The notes under the pieces: model-generated
The model's input: only the letters and a program-made list of their open reading frames with translations
Databases searched by the model: none
What the model was told of the DNA's origin: nothing
Origin: Leidyana gryllorum EB-2025a
Taxonomy: Eukaryota > Protista > Apicomplexa
DNA: 20,017 bases
Reading direction: 5' to 3'
Assembly: GCA_048772705.1 (NCBI GenBank)
Contig: JBLWGC010000068.1
Location: 1 to 20,017, forward strand
Part shown: positions 15,697 to 20,017 of the stretch, one piece after another
How positions within the stretch are numbered: the first letter of the stretch is position 1
Layout: each line of letters starts with the position of its first letter
Position numbers and translations under genes: made by a program

Positions 15697-15767
15697 GGGC
15701 CTATGGCGCAACGTAGCGCGTCTGACTCCAGATCAGAAGGTTGGGTTTTCGAATCACTCTGGGCTCA
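15697..15767 (+). pseudogene. tRNA-Trp(CCA), probably defective
   Basis: TCTGA CT CCA GA TCAGA; D-loop deletion, G53>T. Confidence 0.75.
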
Positions 15768-15803
15768 ATCAGACTATTTGTTTTTCCCGTGTGAGGCGCA
15801 ACC

Positions 15804-15883
15804 TGAAAAGAGTGGGATTTGGACCCACGTCCTCTCGGAGTGCGACTTGCATACAGCGCCTTAGACCCCTCAGCCATCTTACC
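15804..15883 (-). pseudogene. tRNA-Leu-derived pseudogene
   Basis: Copy of 3491-3570. Confidence 0.7.
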
Positions 15884-16094
15884 AGCTCGGTTTCTGTCCC
15901 GCCACTTCAAGCGTTTCCTGTCTGTTTGAAGCTAGAGAATGGAAAGGCTGGGCTCTAAGGTTGTGGGGTCACGCGCCTCCGACATGGTATCAAAGAGTAG
16001 TCCCGCCTGCCACGGGAACGACCTGTGGGCACCAGCTGTGGGAGCGGAGCCACTTCAAATGTCAGGCTATCGGGTTTTGTGTCCTTGCATTCCT

Positions 16095-16167
16095 GCCGCC
16101 CTAGCTCAGTCGGTAGAGCGCAAGACTTTTAATCTTGCAGTTGCGGGTTCGAGCCCCGCGGGCGGTG
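16095..16167 (+). tRNA. trnK: tRNA-Lys(TTT)
   Basis: CAAGA CT TTT AA TCTTG; same body as Lys(CTT). Confidence 0.9.
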
Positions 16168-16227
16168 CAAATCAAAGTCTCTGGGAGTAGGAATGGAACC
16201 GTTGCCTACAAGCACACTCTGCTGGAT

Positions 16228-16300
16228 TTCCACTGCCGGGACTTGAACCCGGATCGCGCGGGTGAAAACCGCATATCCTAGCCACTTAGACTACAGTGGA
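16228..16300 (-). tRNA. trnE: tRNA-Glu(TTC)
   Basis: TGCGG TT TTC AC CCGCG; stems intact. Confidence 0.85.
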
Positions 16301-16381
16301 CAACTTCCTCAGCTGCAGCTTTGGACGAAAGCCGTACCATCTTGAGATGAGATGGAGCGTCGGGTCAACCGACAAGCAACG

Positions 16382-16453
16382 GGGCTGTTATCGGAATCGA
16401 ACCCAGGACTTCTTCCACCCGAAGGAAAAATCATACCACTACACCAAACAGCC
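16382..16453 (-). pseudogene. tRNA-Pro(CGG), T stem broken
   Basis: TTTCC TT CGG GT GGAAG; internal T5 run. Confidence 0.75.
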
Positions 16454-16553
16454 GCCTGTCGGTCGTGCAACCCGCTGAGGACAGTTGAGATAGTGGTCAC
16501 CACATACGGCCGCGGTAAGTGCTTATTTTCACCGCATGTCCTGACTACCTACC

Positions 16554-16626
16554 GCCTCGGTAGCTCAGTTGGGAGAGCGCCAGACTGAAGATCTGGAAGT
16601 CCCGTGTTCGATCCACGGCCGAGGCA
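16554..16626 (+). tRNA. trnF: tRNA-Phe(GAA)
   Basis: GCCTCGG/CCGAGGC; CCAGA CT GAA GA TCTGG; G20. Confidence 0.95.
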
Positions 16627-16732
16627 GAGAGGCTGTGACATTTGGTGTCATCCCTCGCACCCGTGCGAGCGTTTTGCCCCTCAGCTAACCAGGCAAGCCC
16701 TGTCTCGATCACATGAGGGTCTGGCTGAGGCC

Positions 16733-16788
16733 GGCTGGGATATGCGGCTCTCACTCGCACGGTCCGGGTTCAAGTCCCGGCAGTGGAA
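16733..16788 (+). pseudogene. 5'-degenerate tRNA-Glu(CTC)
   Basis: 3' two-thirds of the Glu body. Confidence 0.7.
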
Positions 16789-16864
16789 GTCCTCGGACTA
16801 TCCGATCACAGTCCTTCAGTAAGCTCCCTCAATGAGAACAGATGCGTAATTTCTTGCTTGGACT

Positions 16865-16916
16865 GCCGTCTTAAGTTAGGGGCAGAGCGTCGCCGGCTCG
16901 ATTCCGACAGAAGGCT
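16865..16916 (+). pseudogene. tRNA-Thr lacking the anticodon arm
   Basis: GGCAGAGC joined to GTCGCCGG. Confidence 0.75.
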
Positions 16917-17060
16917 TCAGTCATAGCCTAAACATGGTTGCGATCCTCCGCCCGCATTGTGGATGGTCGTGGCATCGGATCTTTTGCGGTTCATTTCTAT
17001 CCCACCGCAAGCTTGGGCGTTATTTCCCCCACGTACCTCAGCTTACTCCCCCCGCCGACC

Positions 17061-17133
17061 GGCACCATAGCCTGATGGATATGGTATCCTTTTAGCGAAG
17101 TGGGGGTGCTGTGCTCGAGTTCCAGTGACGCCT
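17061..17133 (+). pseudogene. Highly degenerate tRNA-Arg-like copy
   Basis: GGCACCATAGCCTGATGGATATGG resembles the Arg(ACG) 5' end. Confidence 0.5.
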
Positions 17134-17189
17134 GCCCCAGTCCGGCGGTCCGGTGGGCAGAAGGCGATGCTGGAGTAATCCACTACGAT

Positions 17190-17259
17190 CGCCTTGACCT
17201 ACTCGAACTTGGAGCGTGTGGGTGAGAGCCGCATACCTGGCCACTTAGACTGTAGTGGA
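17190..17259 (-). pseudogene. tRNA-Glu(CTC) pseudogene
   Basis: TCCACTACAGTCTAAGTGGCCAGG..CTCTCAC; 3' end degenerate. Confidence 0.65.
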
Positions 17260-17380
17260 CAAGATCCGGGAAGTGGAGCCTCGGTGGAGAGCTGTACCGT
17301 CTTAAAAAAGGTGGAGTGTCGGGTCGATCGAGAGCAAAACGGGCTGGTTCTGGGAATCGAACTCAGCGCAGCCTGTCCAT

Positions 17381-17452
17381 GGTGCGGTGGCCTAATGGAT
17401 GGGGCATCTGGCCGCGGAACGGGAGTTGTGGGTTCGAGTCCCATCCGCATCA
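17381..17452 (+). pseudogene. tRNA-Arg pseudogene (anticodon arm damaged)
   Basis: Arg(TCG) body; loop CC GCG GA. Confidence 0.72.
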
Positions 17453-17595
17453 TAGATTCTGACATCTCACTCGCGGACATGATGAAGGAAGCGGAAACGC
17501 TGGCTGTTGAACTTTTTCACAACGGTTTGGGGGAGGTTCTGAGATCGAAGACTTCTTTCACCCCACGAGTACCGAGATGACCGAAGCCTCTCCAT

Positions 17596-17668
17596 GGTGC
17601 GGTGGCCTACTGGATAGGGCATCGGTCTTCGGAACCGGGAGTTGTGGGTCCGAGGCCCATCCGGATCA
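17596..17668 (+). pseudogene. tRNA-Arg(TCG), B box damaged
   Basis: TCGGT CT TCG GA ACCGG; GGTCCGAGG. Confidence 0.75.
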
Positions 17669-17888
17669 TAGCCTCTCACTCGGAAGACGTTCCGTTTCGA
17701 CCGAGGCAAGCTTGCTAGCTGTATGAGAGCCGCTGCCCCGCATGTCGAGTTGAAGTGCTAGTGGTATCAGTTTCCTTCGTCTGTGGAAGTGCTCGATTCG
17801 ATCCCCGAACAGTCCGTTTTTGAGTAGGTTGCAGACCGGAAGCAGAAATTGCCCGAGTCTCTCGGGGTGCTGCAGATCTTTCGCAATT

Positions 17889-17959
17889 GCACTTGTGGTC
17901 TAAGGGTAAGATGCGACCCTTCCAAGGTCGTAACCTGGGTTCGAGTCCCGGCAGGTGCA
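17889..17959 (+). tRNA. trnG: tRNA-Gly(TCC)
   Basis: GCACTTG/CAGGTGC; CGACC CT TCC AA GGTCG. Confidence 0.93.
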
Positions 17960-18026
17960 GCCGTATGTAGCTCGACCGACCTGTCTATCGGTGAAGAGAG
18001 GGGACGACTCAATACAATACAACGGT

Positions 18027-18106
18027 TGACAAGAGTGGGATTCGAACCCACGCCCTTTCGGACTGCGGCCTTAACACAGCGCCTTAGACCACTCGGCCAT
18101 CTTGCC
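18027..18106 (-). tRNA. trnL: tRNA-Leu(AAG)
   Basis: Intact. Confidence 0.95.
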
Positions 18107-18247
18107 GGAGCGCCCTTGGCTCGCCACTTTACACGCTTTCTGTCTGTGAAGTTTCGAGAAGGGAGGACTTTTGGGGTTGAAGGCCGGAGTATGGAATGGA
18201 ACAGGAGCCTCAGACGAATTACGTTGTAAGAAGTCCACTCCTCAACT

Positions 18248-18329
18248 CCCGGTGGGACGGCATTTACCCGTCGAATATCTGATGCCACCACTACAATCAG
18301 ATGCGTTGCCATCTAAGCAACTCAGGCCG
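18248..18329 (-). pseudogene. tRNA-Tyr(GTA) pseudogene retaining a 7-nt insert
   Basis: TCTGA TT GTA G TGGTGGC A TCAGA. Confidence 0.6.
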
Positions 18330-18491
18330 TGAGAGTACTTCGGGGCGGTACACCGCAGGTCGTGCAATCTTACCGGAACTCGAGTCTGGCACCTTCGACC
18401 ACCCCGAAATCCGTGCCGTTCTTCTGAGCTTGAGAGCGCCACTGTTGAGGGTCTGAGGTTGAGCCTTTCGAACCCCGCACCAGTTGGACGG

Positions 18492-18571
18492 CCGGGGGTA
18501 GCTCAGTTGGTGGAGCATCTGACTGTAGTGCTGGCATCAGATAGTCGGCGGTCCGATTCCGTCGCACCGGA
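18492..18571 (+). pseudogene. tRNA-Tyr(GTA) with apparent 7-nt intron (18529-18535); acceptor and T-loop mismatches
   Basis: TCTGA CT GTA G [TGCTGGC] A TCAGA; C1:G72, A73. Confidence 0.75.
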
Positions 18572-18826
18572 AGTAGAGGGGTGATCGGCAAACTACTACT
18601 CAACCTGATGGACAGCGTTGATAGGCCAACTAGACTACTCCGGCGAGGGTTCCATCTATCTAGTTCGGATGAGCTGAGAATCGATCCCAGAACCTTTCGT
18701 ACACTAAGCACCGTTTCATCATCTGGGCTAGCCTCCCTCTGTGCCTACCTCATGGCATTGAGTGATACTTCACATAGTGAGACGAGTCTCTCGACTGTAC
18801 CCAGCGGGTTGAACCACCAGCTAGGC

Positions 18827-18898
18827 GGCGGTTTGGTCTAGAGGTATGATTCTTCCTTCGGGTGGAAGAAGTCCTGGGTTCGATTCCCAGAACAGCCC
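18827..18898 (+). tRNA. trnP: tRNA-Pro(CGG), one acceptor mismatch
   Basis: CTTCC TT CGG GT GGAAG; GGTTCGATTCC. Confidence 0.8.
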
Positions 18899-18956
18899 GT
18901 CTGATAGTTGTTGACGCAACACGGCACTCAACAGGCTGCAACCCGGCCATTCGCCC

Positions 18957-19029
18957 AGACGCTACTGGGACTCGAACCCAGAATCCCCGGTTCCGTAGAC
19001 CGATGCCATATCCATTAGGCCCTAGCGCC
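18957..19029 (-). tRNA. trnR: tRNA-Arg(ACG), T8>G
   Basis: Inverted copy of 10193-10265. Confidence 0.8.
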
Positions 19030-19262
19030 GACTAGCGGAGCCGTCAAATGGAAGTGTGTAGCGATCAAGACAGGACATGGGCAGCGACGCCCGATGGTGG
19101 GTCTGGACAGACTTCACCCACATCTCCCATTCAAAACATCGGGGACATACTATCCAAGCCAGGATTCGGGCCTGGGTATGCACGGCCACAACTTGCTGAG
19201 GCTGGTGGGTACCAAAGCTACTTTAGTTGTCAGGCTGTCGGGCTTTGTGTCCTTGCTTTGTT

Positions 19263-19335
19263 GCCGCCCTAGCTCAGTCGGTAGAGCGCAAGACTCTTAA
19301 TCTTGCAGTCGCGGGTTCGAGCCCCGCGGGCGGTG
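19263..19335 (+). tRNA. trnK: tRNA-Lys(CTT)
   Basis: Intact; matches 4387-4459. Confidence 0.95.
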
Positions 19336-19369
19336 TGGATCTGTTGCCTGCAAGCACACTCAGCTGGGT

Positions 19370-19442
19370 TTCCACTGCCGGGACTTGAACCCGGATCGTG
19401 CGGGTGAGAGCCGCATATCCTAGCCACTTAGACTACAGCGGA
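19370..19442 (-). tRNA. trnE: tRNA-Glu(CTC)
   Basis: Intact apart from a G4:T69 wobble. Confidence 0.9.
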
Positions 19443-19560
19443 CAACTCCTTCAGCTGCAGCTTTTGCCGAGAGCCGTACCCTCTGGACAAGACGTGATTG
19501 CAGAATCCTGCGGTAGGATAAGGGAGGATCTCTATACTAAGCTCTGAAACATTGTAGCTG

Positions 19561-19633
19561 GGTCTTGTAGCTCAGTCGGCAGAGCGTGTGGCTGTTAACC
19601 ACAAAGTCGCAGGTTCGAAACCTGCCAGAACCG
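19561..19633 (+). tRNA. trnN: tRNA-Asn(GTT), one acceptor mismatch
   Basis: TGTGG CT GTT AA CCACA. Confidence 0.85.
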
Positions 19634-19754
19634 GTTTCAGAGGCACTCTCCAAGGGAAGGAAAATCATATCACGAGCACTCCAACTCGACATGCGCGGCA
19701 GTGGCTCCCCATACAGCTAGCAAGCTTGCGGAACGTCTTTCGCGCGAAAGGCTA

Positions 19755-19827
19755 TGATGCGCATGGGACTCGAACCCACAACTCCCGGTTCCGAAGACCG
19801 ATGCCCTATCCATTAGGCCACCGCACC
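19755..19827 (-). tRNA. trnR: tRNA-Arg(TCG), 7:66 mismatch
   Basis: TCGGT CT TCG GA ACCGG; GGTTCGAGTCC. Confidence 0.85.
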
Positions 19828-19908
19828 ATAGACAAGCTTCGGTCATCTCGATACTAGTTGGGTGTAAGAGGAGACAGCTTGGGGCAGCTCGGTGGATGGG
19901 TTGCGAAT

Positions 19909-19981
19909 GCGGTTGTGTCGCAATGCATAGCGCGTTGCCCTCCTAAGGCGAGGGTTGAGGATTCGGGTCCCTCCAGCCGTT
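19909..19981 (+). pseudogene. tRNA-Arg(CCT) pseudogene
   Basis: TTGCC CT CCT AA GGCGA; A and B boxes mutated. Confidence 0.7.
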
Positions 19982-20017
19982 TCCTGCGTGGCTTCGTTTG
20001 TGCAAAGTGGAGAGACT

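Noticed and set aside
206-19857. All ORFs in the six-frame track (60-181 aa)
   Set aside because: They overlap tRNAs or LTRs, recur with frameshifts between duplicates, and show typical translated-tRNA strings (GIEP, GSIP, VRIP); no recognisable domain
1-20017. CRISPR array or bacterial/phage tRNA array
   Set aside because: Repeats are tRNAs with homologous rather than unique spacers; no encoded CCA; A34 anticodons, eukaryotic initiator features and LTRs are present

Overview
This window has no credible protein-coding gene. It is a dense eukaryotic nuclear tRNA gene/pseudogene array: roughly 85-90 tRNA-derived units on both strands, about a third intact or nearly so, none encoding CCA. They cover 18 amino acids including initiator Met; I found no His, Cys or elongator Met. 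The array is built from multi-gene cassettes duplicated in direct and inverted orientation and reshuffled at the tRNA genes themselves. An oomycete (Phytophthora-like) origin is a plausible guess only. Four TG...CA solo-LTR-like insertions interrupt it: 15-569 (right end damaged), 3678-4278 (TSD GTATC), 6145-6958 (TSD CAAAC) and 13964-14603 (TSD AGAGT). The most unusual is 13964-14603. It splits a tRNA-Gln(CTG) gene in the anticodon loop and carries three co-oriented tRNA-like A-box/B-box modules, unrelated to the local tRNA families, followed by a single T5 run. It is a candidate Pol III-promoter-bearing LTR, conceptually similar to 5S-carrying Cassandra elements. All calls were made by eye; boundaries of degenerate copies and duplications are approximate.
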